Assembly (NCBI GenBank): GCA_041946735.1
Contig: JBHGAY010000035.1
Span: 1 to 48,991 of the forward strand
DNA: 48,991 nt
Reading direction: 5' to 3'
Source: Candidatus Eiseniibacteriota bacterium
GTDB lineage: Bacteria > Eisenbacteria > RBG-16-71-46 > CAIMUX01 > VGJL01
The position numbers and the translations under genes were made by a program. How positions within the stretch are numbered: position 1 is the first letter of the stretch; the number at the start of each line of letters is the position of its first letter. Shown one piece after another: positions 26,160-34,403 of the stretch. Under the pieces are notes generated by a model, which saw only the letters and a program-made list of their open reading frames with translations, was not told the origin of the DNA and did not search any database.

Positions 26160-28300
26160 GCTTGCGCCCGGATACGATTCCCGCTCTCGAGACCGGCCGC
26201 AAGTCTTCGCCCTCGCTCCTGCTCGTCGGAAACCCGAACGTCGGCAAGAGCGTGCTCTTCGGCGCGCTCACCGGGCGCTACGTGCAGGTATCGAACTATC
26301 CCGGGACAACCGTCGAGGTGACGCGCGGCACGATGACGGGCTCGCCCGAGCGGGTCGACGTGATCGACACGCCGGGCACGAACCACCTGATCCCGATGTC
26401 GGAGGACGAGCGGGTCACGCGCGACATCCTGCTCCGCGAGCCGGACGGCACGGTCGTCCAGGTCGGCGACGCGAAGAACCTGAGGCGGGTGCTGGCGCTG
26501 ACCATCGAGATCGCGCTGCTCGGGCGTCCCGCCGTCCTCGCGTTGAACATGATGGACGAGGCGCGCTCGCTCGGAGTGAGGATCGACCGGGAGCGTCTGT
26601 CGGCGCGTCTCGGGATTCCGGTCGTCGAAACGGTTGCGATCCGGGGCACCGGGCTTCGAGCGTTGCGGCAGGCGCCCGCTTCGGCGGCCGTCCCCCGCAT
26701 CGCTGCCCGCTATCCGGGCACCATCGAGCGGGCGATCGCGAGGATCGAGAAGGTCCTGCCGCCGACCGAAGTGCCCTCGCGCTTCCTCGCGATCCTCTTC
26801 CTGGCCGGCGACCCGACGATCCTGCCGTGGCTCCGGGAGCGCGCCGGGGCGGAACCTCTGAACGAGTGCGAGCGGATCCGGCTGGAGACGGCGCGGGCGA
26901 TCCCGGAACCGCTCTCACAAGCGATCCAGAAGGCGCACCTCGAAGCTGTCGACGAGGCGCTCGCCGAGTGCTACGTCGGCGCAACGCGCAAGCGCGGCGG
27001 CTGGACGCACCGCGTCGCCCGCTGGTCGGTCCATCCGATTCGGGGCCTCGGCATGCTCGCCGCTGTCCTCGCGCTCACCTTCTGGTTCGTCGGCCTGCTT
27101 GGCGCCGGGACGTTCGTCGATCTGATGGAGTCGGGCCTCTTCGGCCAGGTCCTGAGCCCGCTCGCGATCGAGGCGACCGACGCGGTGATGCCGTTTCCAC
27201 ACTCCCATCCGAAGGAAGAGGTTTCGGTCTCCCTCGAAGTCCCGCTCACGCCGGCCCATGGGCTCCCGACCGGACTCGCGTGGGGACGGCGGGTCGTGAC
27301 GCCCGCCTACGAGGTGACGGCGCCGCTCGGCGGCGCCCAGAAGGCGGCCCGCTTCGTCCACGACCTCGTCGTCGGGCCCTACGGCATCTTCACGATGGCG
27401 CTTGCGTACGGCTTCGCGATCGTGCTCCCGATCGTCTTTACCTTCTTCCTGCTCTTCTCCCTGCTGGAGGATTCGGGCTACCTTCCGCGCCTCGCGGTGA
27501 TGGTGAACGATCTATTCCGGGCGATGGGCTTGAACGGGCGCGCGGTCCTCCCGATGGTTCTCGGCCTGGGCTGCGATACGATGGCGACCCTGACGACGAG
27601 GATCCTCGACACGCGCAAGCAGCGCCTGATCGTGACGCTGCTGCTGGCGCTCGGCGTCCCCTGCTCCGCGCAGCTCGGGGTGCTGCTCGCCATGATGTCG
27701 GTCGTCTCTCCGGCCGGGACGATCGTCTGGCTCCTCGTGATGACCGGCGTGATGATCGCGGTCGGCTGGCTGGCGTCCAAGGTGATTCGTGGGCCCTCGT
27801 CGGACTTCCTCCTCGAGCTGCCGCCGATCCGCAAACCGGTCGTCTCGAACATCGCGATCAAGACGCTCGCGCGAATCGAGTGGTACCTCAAGGAAGTGAT
27901 CCCGCTCTTCGTGCTCGGGACCCTGGTGCTCTTTCTCCTCGACCGGACCGGCGCGCTGCCGCAGATCCGGAATCTGGGGGCGCCGATCGTGCAAGGATGG
28001 CTGCGGTTGCCGGCCGAAACGACCGATGCATTCCTGATCGGGTTCCTCCGGCGAGACTACGGCGCGGTGTTCCTGCTGCAGGCGGCGACCGGGGCGCATC
28101 CGATCCTGAACAACATCCAGGTGGTGACGAGCATGGTCGTGATCACGCTCTTCGTGCCGTGCATCGCCAACGTCTTCATCATCCTGAAGGAGCACGGGCT
28201 GAAGATCGCGCTGGCGATGGTGGCCTTCATCTTCCCGTTCGCCTTCCTGGTGGGAGGGATCTTGACCCGGCTGCTGGCCTTGCTGAAGGTTCCCGTATGA
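26156..28300 (+). CDS. feoB: Ferrous iron transporter FeoB
   Basis: GNPNVGKS, NYPGTTVE, DTPG, NMMD, LEDSGY.PR, GLGC, PCSAQ and LELP motifs. TTG start overlaps the fur stop. Confidence 0.96.
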   Translation: MSLRPDTIPALETGRKSSPSLLLVGNPNVGKSVLFGALTGRYVQVSNYPGTTVEVTRGTMTGSPERVDVIDTPGTNHLIPMSEDERVTRDILLREPDGTVVQVGDAKNLRRVLALTIEIALLGRPAVLALNMMDEARSLGVRIDRERLSARLGIPVVETVAIRGTGLRALRQAPASAAVPRIAARYPGTIERAIARIEKVLPPTEVPSRFLAILFLAGDPTILPWLRERAGAEPLNECERIRLETARAIPEPLSQAIQKAHLEAVDEALAECYVGATRKRGGWTHRVARWSVHPIRGLGMLAAVLALTFWFVGLLGAGTFVDLMESGLFGQVLSPLAIEATDAVMPFPHSHPKEEVSVSLEVPLTPAHGLPTGLAWGRRVVTPAYEVTAPLGGAQKAARFVHDLVVGPYGIFTMALAYGFAIVLPIVFTFFLLFSLLEDSGYLPRLAVMVNDLFRAMGLNGRAVLPMVLGLGCDTMATLTTRILDTRKQRLIVTLLLALGVPCSAQLGVLLAMMSVVSPAGTIVWLLVMTGVMIAVGWLASKVIRGPSSDFLLELPPIRKPVVSNIAIKTLARIEWYLKEVIPLFVLGTLVLFLLDRTGALPQIRNLGAPIVQGWLRLPAETTDAFLIGFLRRDYGAVFLLQAATGAHPILNNIQVVTSMVVITLFVPCIANVFIILKEHGLKIALAMVAFIFPFAFLVGGILTRLLALLKVPV

Positions 28301-28521
28301 CGCCGCCGGCCGGAGACCCTGCGACGGGCCGCGCCACTACGCTTTGCCCGCTTTGCGGCAAGGAGTTCCCGTCCGACCGGAGCGACTGCCACTCGGGATG
28401 CCCGATCGCCGGCCATTGCCGCGTTCTCTGCTGTCCCGGCTGTGGCTACGAGTTCGTCGAACACTCGGCGGTCGCGAGCGGTGTCGGAAAGGTCGTGCGA
28501 TGGATCCGGAGCCGGAAGTGA
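28297..28521 (+). CDS. Small cysteine-rich protein associated with feoB (74 aa)
   Basis: ATGA coupling to the feoB stop. CPLCG...DCHSGCPIAGHCRVLCCPGCGYEF, eight Cys in total. Confidence 0.8.
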   Translation: MTPPAGDPATGRATTLCPLCGKEFPSDRSDCHSGCPIAGHCRVLCCPGCGYEFVEHSAVASGVGKVVRWIRSRK

Positions 28522-28731
28522 GGCGGGGTCCGGAGCCGGAAGCGGGCCGGAGTCGAAGCTGGGGTCCGGGTCTGAGTCGAGGGTAGAGTCCGGGGCAGAG
28601 TCGAGGGCGAAGGGGGAGGTCGTCGGAATGCCGGAGAGGAACGCCGCCGAGAGGAACGCTGAGATGAATGCCGCCGAGAGGAATGCCGAGAGGAACGCCG
28701 AGATGAACGCTGAGATGAGGGCCGAGATGAT
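28500..28731. repeat. Degenerate ~12-bp tandem repeats across the intergenic region and the DtxR N-terminus (AERN/AEMN)
   Basis: TCCGGAGCCGGAAG twice, GAGTCGAGGG twice, then GCCGAGAGGAAC-like units about eight times. Confidence 0.7.
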
Positions 28732-29395
28732 GGCGCGCACCCGGGCGAAGGAACGCCTCGAAGAGGGGCTCGAGACGCTGTGGGTGCTGGTCGAGGAGGG
28801 ACGTCAAACCGTCGAGCAGTTCCGGACGGACTGCCCGGTCCCCGACTCCGCGTCGCTGGTCGAGGAGTTGCGGGAGGCCGGCCTGGTGGCGGTCGACGGC
28901 GGCAACCTCGCATTCACCGATGCGGGCTCCGCCCGCGCCGAAGGGGTCGTACGGCGCCATCGGCTCGCCGAGGTGCTCTTCCTCAAGGTGATGGAGTTGA
29001 GCGAGCAGGAGACGGAGGAGACCGCCTGCCTGATGGAGCACGTGCTGAGCGAGGAAGCGGCTGAGAAGGTTTGCTCCTTCCTGGGGCACCCGGTCCGTTG
29101 CCCGCACGGCCGCGCGATTCCGCCGGGGCGCTGCTGCGCCCTGCAGGACGGCGAGGAGAAAGTCCATCCGCTGTCCGAGATGCAGGTCGGCGACCTTTGC
29201 GAGGTCGTGCACATCCGACCGCGGCACCGCAACCGGCTCGACCGGCTGGGCGCTTACGGACTGCTGCCCCGTTCCCGCATCCGGCTGCACCAGAAGAAGC
29301 CGGCGTTCGTCATCCAGATCGACGAGACCGATCTGGCGCTCGACAGCGAGATCGCGCAGGACATCTACGTGCGCCGCTGCGAGCCGGCGGCCTGA
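28628..29395 (+). CDS. DtxR/MntR-family metal-dependent regulator with a C-terminal FeoA domain
   Basis: GGGGAGG RBS. RRHRLAE, ACLMEH and CPHG.AIPPG motifs. FeoA SH3-like domain PLSEM.VG...RL...GLLP...IDETDLALD.EIA..IYV. Confidence 0.9.
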   Translation: MPERNAAERNAEMNAAERNAERNAEMNAEMRAEMMARTRAKERLEEGLETLWVLVEEGRQTVEQFRTDCPVPDSASLVEELREAGLVAVDGGNLAFTDAGSARAEGVVRRHRLAEVLFLKVMELSEQETEETACLMEHVLSEEAAEKVCSFLGHPVRCPHGRAIPPGRCCALQDGEEKVHPLSEMQVGDLCEVVHIRPRHRNRLDRLGAYGLLPRSRIRLHQKKPAFVIQIDETDLALDSEIAQDIYVRRCEPAA

Positions 29396-29502
29396 GAGAG
29401 CCGCCCGCAGCCGCCGTCGCAGCAGCCGCGGTCGCCTGGGGCGGCCCTCCGGCGATCGCAGGCCGCGGCCATTGCAGGCGGCCCTGCCGCCCGCCCAAGA
29501 CC

Positions 29503-30657
29503 TCAGTCGGCCGCCTCGATCGTCATGTCGTAATCGAGCCCCTCGCCCAGCCAGTATAGGCAGCCAACCTTCGCCGTCCCGTCGGCGGTGACCGCGAGAG
29601 TATCGCTCGTCACTTGCTCGTCGTGCGCCGTGACGCTCGATCGCTGCCCGCCCGGCTCGAGCAGGTAGATCCGCCGCGTCCCCTTGTAGACCTCCCCCGG
29701 ATCGATGCGGAAGATCAGGCTCTGACCCGCGACGACCGGCACCGCGTACCAGTCGGTGTCGAGATAGCAGCCGCGCAGTCCCGTGTGCTCCCCGAGCGAG
29801 ATCGGCGTGGCCATGTCCTCGAAGTCGTTGTCCTCGTACTCGTCGTCGGGACACGGCTCGCTCGTCTCGAGGATCAGGTCGTAGAGGACCAGGGGCTCCT
29901 CGTCGTAGCCCCAGATGTCGACCTCGTAGGTCCCCGGCAGGAACGTGTACGAGAAGCTCTCCGTCTCGCCCGTGTTCGCGGACGTCCCTAGAGTCGCGTA
30001 GTAGTCGTGCCCGTTCCCCCGCGACCAGTAGATCATCCAACTTTCGTCGTTCGCGTAGGCGATTGGAGTGCGGACCGTCACCCTCGCCGCGCTCTCGAGA
30101 GTGAAGCGGTAGGTGTCGACGTCGCCGAGGCAGGTGGCAAGGCCGAGATAGAGGGTATCGGGCTCGAGGACCGTCGCCGCCGAGGAGTCCTCGTTCGGCT
30201 CGAAGCGGTCCGCCAGGTGGTCGCAATCGTAGGGACCGGTCGTGACGATCAGGTCGAATGGGGCGGCGGCGTTTCCGGCCGAATCGGTCACGCCGGCCAC
30301 GTGCAGGGTCAAGCTCCGATCGGCGGGCAGGAGGCTGTCCGGCCAGACGGTGAGCATCCGGCCGGAAACGGACAGGACCCGCCGCGTCGGGACGATGGGA
30401 TCCCCGAGCGTGACGCTCTCCGCGCCCACGCTCGCAGGATCGAGCCCTTCGGAGAAGACCAGCGTGAAGCTCTGGAGCAGCGACACGCCGGAAGCGCCCT
30501 GAGCGGGATCGAAGGAGAGGAGCGCGGGGGGCGTCGTGTCGGCTGGAGGCGGTTCGGTCGACTTGCTGTCGTCTTCCGAGCAGGCGAGGAACACCAAGGC
30601 GGCTGCGATCCAGATCGCCGGCAGAACGGCGCGGGTGGAAACGAGAGATCGAGACAT
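29503..30657 (-). CDS. Lipoprotein with an Ig-like (Big_5) domain and two PPC-like, putatively Ca-binding modules
   Basis: Lipobox FLAC; DTTPP...F.E.LD..SV...VTD.AGN; repeated DRFEPNE / DEYEDND ... DxDxY motifs. Confidence 0.8.
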   Translation of the reverse strand: MSRSLVSTRAVLPAIWIAAALVFLACSEDDSKSTEPPPADTTPPALLSFDPAQGASGVSLLQSFTLVFSEGLDPASVGAESVTLGDPIVPTRRVLSVSGRMLTVWPDSLLPADRSLTLHVAGVTDSAGNAAAPFDLIVTTGPYDCDHLADRFEPNEDSSAATVLEPDTLYLGLATCLGDVDTYRFTLESAARVTVRTPIAYANDESWMIYWSRGNGHDYYATLGTSANTGETESFSYTFLPGTYEVDIWGYDEEPLVLYDLILETSEPCPDDEYEDNDFEDMATPISLGEHTGLRGCYLDTDWYAVPVVAGQSLIFRIDPGEVYKGTRRIYLLEPGGQRSSVTAHDEQVTSDTLAVTADGTAKVGCLYWLGEGLDYDMTIEAAD

Positions 30658-30857
30658 GCGGCCCTCCTGATTCGGGAAGGCGCAGCGGACCGGAGAGACC
30701 GGCCCCGGATCGGGTCGCGGCTCATGCGGCGAACGGACCTCCGCCGCCTTCCGCAGCGAGGCATCGCATCGCGGGGCCCGGCCGTCAAGGGGATCCGCGC
30801 GCGGGGCAGGATCCAGTGGCGCCGCGCCGTCTCGATCCGGTAGAGTCGAGAGCCGTG

Positions 30858-32162
30858 ATGCTGGGAAGCGGCGGGGAAAGACCGGACCGGAACGGCGCCC
30901 GACCACGGCGGGTCCGCGCGCGGCGCGCGATCGACTTGGCGCTGGCGGTCGGCCTTCTGCTCCTACTGTTCCTCCTGGTCCTCCCGGCCCTCCTCTCCCC
31001 GGGCGCAAGCGCGCAGCCGGCGGGTGAGGTCCGAGCCCCATCCGTGCAGCCCGTGTCCGATCTGTCGGTGGAGGACCGCCCTCTCGACGCGGGCCAGGTG
31101 CTGCGGGTCCGCTTCGGCCGGTCCCCGAGCGACACGGCGGGGCGGGTCGTCCGTTACGAGCTGCTGAGGCAGGGCCCGGGCGAGCCGGAGCCGGCCACGA
31201 TTCGGCACTTCTCCGCCCGCGTCCGCGAGAAGAGCTTCCGCTTCGACGACAGCGGGCTTTCCCCCGGCCGGTCCTACCTCTACGCGGTCCGGACGGTGGG
31301 CGCCGACAGCAGCGCGGCGACGACGCCGCTGCTCGGCCCGTTCGTCCCGACGCGCCAGTGGTTCTTCACGAACAAAGTGAACACGTTGATCGCGACGATC
31401 CTCTTCGTCGCCGCCATCCTGTACTTCATCCGCGCGGCGCGCGGTGGAAAGCCGCTCTTCATCCGGCGGATCGGCGGTCTCGACGCGATCGACGAGGCGG
31501 TGGGCCGCTGCACCGAAATGGGCAAGCCGACGCTCTACATTCCCGGTATCAGCACGATCGCCGACGTGGCGACAATCGCCTCGCTGAACATCCTGGGCCA
31601 GGTGGCGAAGCGGATCGCCACCTACCAGAGCCGCATCGTCGTCCCCAACCGCGACCCGATCGTCTACCCCGTCACCCAGGACGTCGTGAAGCTGGCCTTC
31701 CAGGAGGCAGGTTACGCAGACAACTACCGCCCGGAAGACGTCTACTTCGTCACGAACGATCAGTTCAGTTACGCCGCCGCCGTCTGCGGAACGATGGTGC
31801 GCGAGAAGCCGGGCGCGAACCTCCTCCTCGGGATGTTCTACGCCGAGTCGCTCGTCCTCGCGGAGACGGGCGCGTCGGTGGGCGCGATCCAGATCGCCGG
31901 GACGGACGCGATCTCGCAGCTGCCGTTCTTCGTGACCGCCTGCGACTACACAATCATCGGCGAAGAGCTGTACGCGGCGAGCGCATACATCAGCCGGGAG
32001 CCGACGCTGCTCGGGAGCTTGAAAGGGCAGGACGCCTACAAGGCGATCTCGATCGGCCTGATCGTGATCGGCGCGCTGCTGGCCACGATCGGCGTCATCG
32101 CGCGCGGCGCCCCCTACGACTGGATCGCGCAGATCCTCAAGGTCCGGGGAGTCGGCTCCTGA
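30858..32162 (+). CDS. Membrane protein with an N-terminal FN3-like domain and a DUF6754-like domain
   Basis: Signal peptide, FN3-like D.GL.PG.SY.Y.V, a TM helix, then IRRIGGLDAIDEAVGR.TEMG.P...G.FYAESL...ETG...GAIQIAGT...QLPFF...CDY.IIGEELYAASAY and a C-terminal TM. Family name is from recollection. Confidence 0.8.
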   Translation: MLGSGGERPDRNGARPRRVRARRAIDLALAVGLLLLLFLLVLPALLSPGASAQPAGEVRAPSVQPVSDLSVEDRPLDAGQVLRVRFGRSPSDTAGRVVRYELLRQGPGEPEPATIRHFSARVREKSFRFDDSGLSPGRSYLYAVRTVGADSSAATTPLLGPFVPTRQWFFTNKVNTLIATILFVAAILYFIRAARGGKPLFIRRIGGLDAIDEAVGRCTEMGKPTLYIPGISTIADVATIASLNILGQVAKRIATYQSRIVVPNRDPIVYPVTQDVVKLAFQEAGYADNYRPEDVYFVTNDQFSYAAAVCGTMVREKPGANLLLGMFYAESLVLAETGASVGAIQIAGTDAISQLPFFVTACDYTIIGEELYAASAYISREPTLLGSLKGQDAYKAISIGLIVIGALLATIGVIARGAPYDWIAQILKVRGVGS

Positions 32163-32180
32163 TGCGGGCGCGGCAGGATC

Positions 32181-32243
32181 GCGGAGCGGTGCGGCAAGCA
32201 CGCGGAGCGCCACGGCAAGCACGCGGAGCGGCACTGCAGGCGG
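32181..32243. repeat. 21-bp tandem repeat (x3) between the first two genes of the membrane operon
   Basis: GCGGAGCGGTGCGGCAAGCAC / GCGGAGCGCCACGGCAAGCAC / GCGGAGCGGCACTGCAGGCGG. Confidence 0.75.
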
Positions 32244-32280
32244 GACGAGGGTCGCGGCGGGCCTGCGGAGGGATCGCGAC

Positions 32281-32892
32281 ATGATGCGGCTGCAGGTGCC
32301 GCTCTTCATCTGCGCGGTCGCCGGGATCTTCATGGCGGTGCAGTATTTCGTTCCCGCGCTGCTGCCCGCCTACGACCGGATGAACGACTACCTGCAGATC
32401 GTCTACGCCTTCTCCATCGTCCTCGGCGTCGCCAGCGTTCTGCAGCGGCATGGGGGAAAGCTGCGCAAGCGCGCGAAGGACTGGCCGTACAGCGCAGCGG
32501 CGCTCGCCGCGATGGCGCTCATGATGGCCGCGCCGATCGCGGGCGGCCGCGGACCCGACTCGCTCTTCCAAAAGCTGTTCGACTCGATCCTCCTGCCGGT
32601 GCAGGCGACGATGTTCTCGCTTCTCGCCTTCTACCTCGCCTCGGCGGCGTTCCGGTCCTTCCGAACCCGGAGCCTCGACGCCACGGTCCTGCTCGTCTCG
32701 GCCGTGATCGTGATGATCGGGCGCCTCGACGCGGGCCAGGCGATCCACCTGCCCGACACGGCGCAGTGGATCTTGAACGTCCCGAACTTGGTCTCCAAGC
32801 GGGCGATCCTCCTCGGCGTCGGGCTCGGCATGGCCTCGACCGCGCTCAAGGTCGTTCTCGGGATCGAGCGATCCTATCTGGGGAGGGGATGA
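32281..32892 (+). CDS. Uncharacterised integral membrane protein (about 5-6 TM)
   Basis: Hydrophobic 203 aa. P.QATMFSLLAFY.ASAAFRSFR.R..DAT.LL and KRAI.LG.GLG motifs. Confidence 0.85.
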   Translation: MMRLQVPLFICAVAGIFMAVQYFVPALLPAYDRMNDYLQIVYAFSIVLGVASVLQRHGGKLRKRAKDWPYSAAALAAMALMMAAPIAGGRGPDSLFQKLFDSILLPVQATMFSLLAFYLASAAFRSFRTRSLDATVLLVSAVIVMIGRLDAGQAIHLPDTAQWILNVPNLVSKRAILLGVGLGMASTALKVVLGIERSYLGRG

Positions 32893-33740
32893 TGGGGCGC
32901 CTGCTCTCGATCCTCGAACGGCTCCAGAAGGTCGATCGCCGCTTGCTGTACACGCTGGTCTTCGTCGGCGTGACCCTGCCGTTCTACGTCGGCTGGCCTT
33001 CCGTCGACATCCAGGTTTCCCCGGAGGTCGAAGCGGCGTTCCAGACGATCGACGCGATTCCGCCACACTCCTATCCGCTTCTGATCTCCTTCGACTACGA
33101 TCCGGCGTCCGCGGCCGAGCTGACGCCGATGGCCGAGGCGGTGCTGCGCCATGCGTTCTCCCGGGGAATCCGTGTGCTCGCGATCAGCTTGCAGTACACC
33201 GGCCAGGGGGCCGGCATCGCGAGCCAGGTCCTCCCGAAGATCGCCGCGGAGTTCGGCGCGCAGAAGGACGTCGACTGGGCCTTCCTCGGCTTCCAGCCCA
33301 ACGCCCTCGTCGCGATGCTCCAGATGGGGGAGGACTTCCGGCGGACCTTCCCGGTCGACTACTACGGGACGCCGGTGGAGCAAATCCCGCTGATGCGCCC
33401 GATCCAGAACTACGATCAGATCCCGGCGGTCTTCTCGCTCGCCTCGACGGCGGTCGGCGAGTCCTGGGCGATCTATCCGGGATCGCGCTACAACCTGACC
33501 GTCCTGCTCGGTGTGACCGCCGTCTACACGGCCGACATCCAGCCGTTCTACCAGAGCGGCCAGGTGAGCGGGGTGCTCGGCGGATTGAAGGGGGCGGCCG
33601 AATACGAGAAGAGGATCGACCGGATCGCGGATGGCACGAACGGGATGCGCTCGCAGAAGCTCGTTCACTACATGATCATCGTGTTCATCGTGATCGGAAA
33701 CATCGGCTACTTCGCGATGCGAAGGGGGAAGCGCGCGTGA
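32889..33740 (+). CDS. Uncharacterised membrane protein: TM, globular domain, TM
   Basis: GGGAGG RBS and ATGA coupling. DRR + TM, ISFDYDP...ELTPMA...LRH, SGQ..GVLGGLKGAAEYE, C-terminal TM followed by RRGKRA. Confidence 0.85.
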   Translation: MMGRLLSILERLQKVDRRLLYTLVFVGVTLPFYVGWPSVDIQVSPEVEAAFQTIDAIPPHSYPLLISFDYDPASAAELTPMAEAVLRHAFSRGIRVLAISLQYTGQGAGIASQVLPKIAAEFGAQKDVDWAFLGFQPNALVAMLQMGEDFRRTFPVDYYGTPVEQIPLMRPIQNYDQIPAVFSLASTAVGESWAIYPGSRYNLTVLLGVTAVYTADIQPFYQSGQVSGVLGGLKGAAEYEKRIDRIADGTNGMRSQKLVHYMIIVFIVIGNIGYFAMRRGKRA

Positions 33741-34387
33741 GCACCGACGTCCTCTGGACGCTCCTCGCGGGGGCGATGACGCTCGCGATCTTCTCCTTCC
33801 TCTACCGGGACAACGCGCTCTACAAGCTGGCGGAGCACCTGTCGGTCGGCCTCTCGGTCGGCTTCCTCGTCGTCACCTACTTCAACAACGTCTTCCGTCC
33901 CAAGGTGTGGGACAACATCCTGGTCCGCGGCCAGCTCGACTACCTGATCCCGCTCTTCCTCGGGCTGATCCTCTTCACGCGGTTCATCCCGAAGGTCGGC
34001 TGGCTGTCGCGATGGGCGATCGCGTTCTACATCGGCGGTTTCTCGGGAGTCAGCATCCCTTCGACGATCGAAGGACGCGTGATCACGCAGACGGAGGCGA
34101 CGGTGCGCCCGCTTCTCACCGTTGCCGACTCGACGGCCGCCACGATCTGGGGATCGTTCAACGCGACCTTCCTCGTGGTCGGCACGCTCGCCTGCCTCGT
34201 CTTCTTCTTCTTCTCGATCGAGCACAAAGGGGCGGTCGGGCGCTTCGCCTACTTCGGGCGGCTCTGCATCATGGCGGGATTCGGCGCTTCGTTCGGCTAC
34301 ACGGTCATGGCTCGCGTCTCGCTCTTGATCGGCCGTGTGCAGTACCTGACGAGGGACGTTGTGGAGGCGATCGGCAGGGTTCTCTAG
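33737..34387 (+). CDS. Uncharacterised integral membrane protein (about 6 TM)
   Basis: GTGA coupling. TLAIFSFLYRDN.LYKLAEHL.VG and GR...M.GFGA.FGYTVMAR.SLLIGR motifs. Confidence 0.85.
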   Translation: MSTDVLWTLLAGAMTLAIFSFLYRDNALYKLAEHLSVGLSVGFLVVTYFNNVFRPKVWDNILVRGQLDYLIPLFLGLILFTRFIPKVGWLSRWAIAFYIGGFSGVSIPSTIEGRVITQTEATVRPLLTVADSTAATIWGSFNATFLVVGTLACLVFFFFSIEHKGAVGRFAYFGRLCIMAGFGASFGYTVMARVSLLIGRVQYLTRDVVEAIGRVL

Positions 34388-34403
34388 GTACCGCCGTGCA
34401 CCA

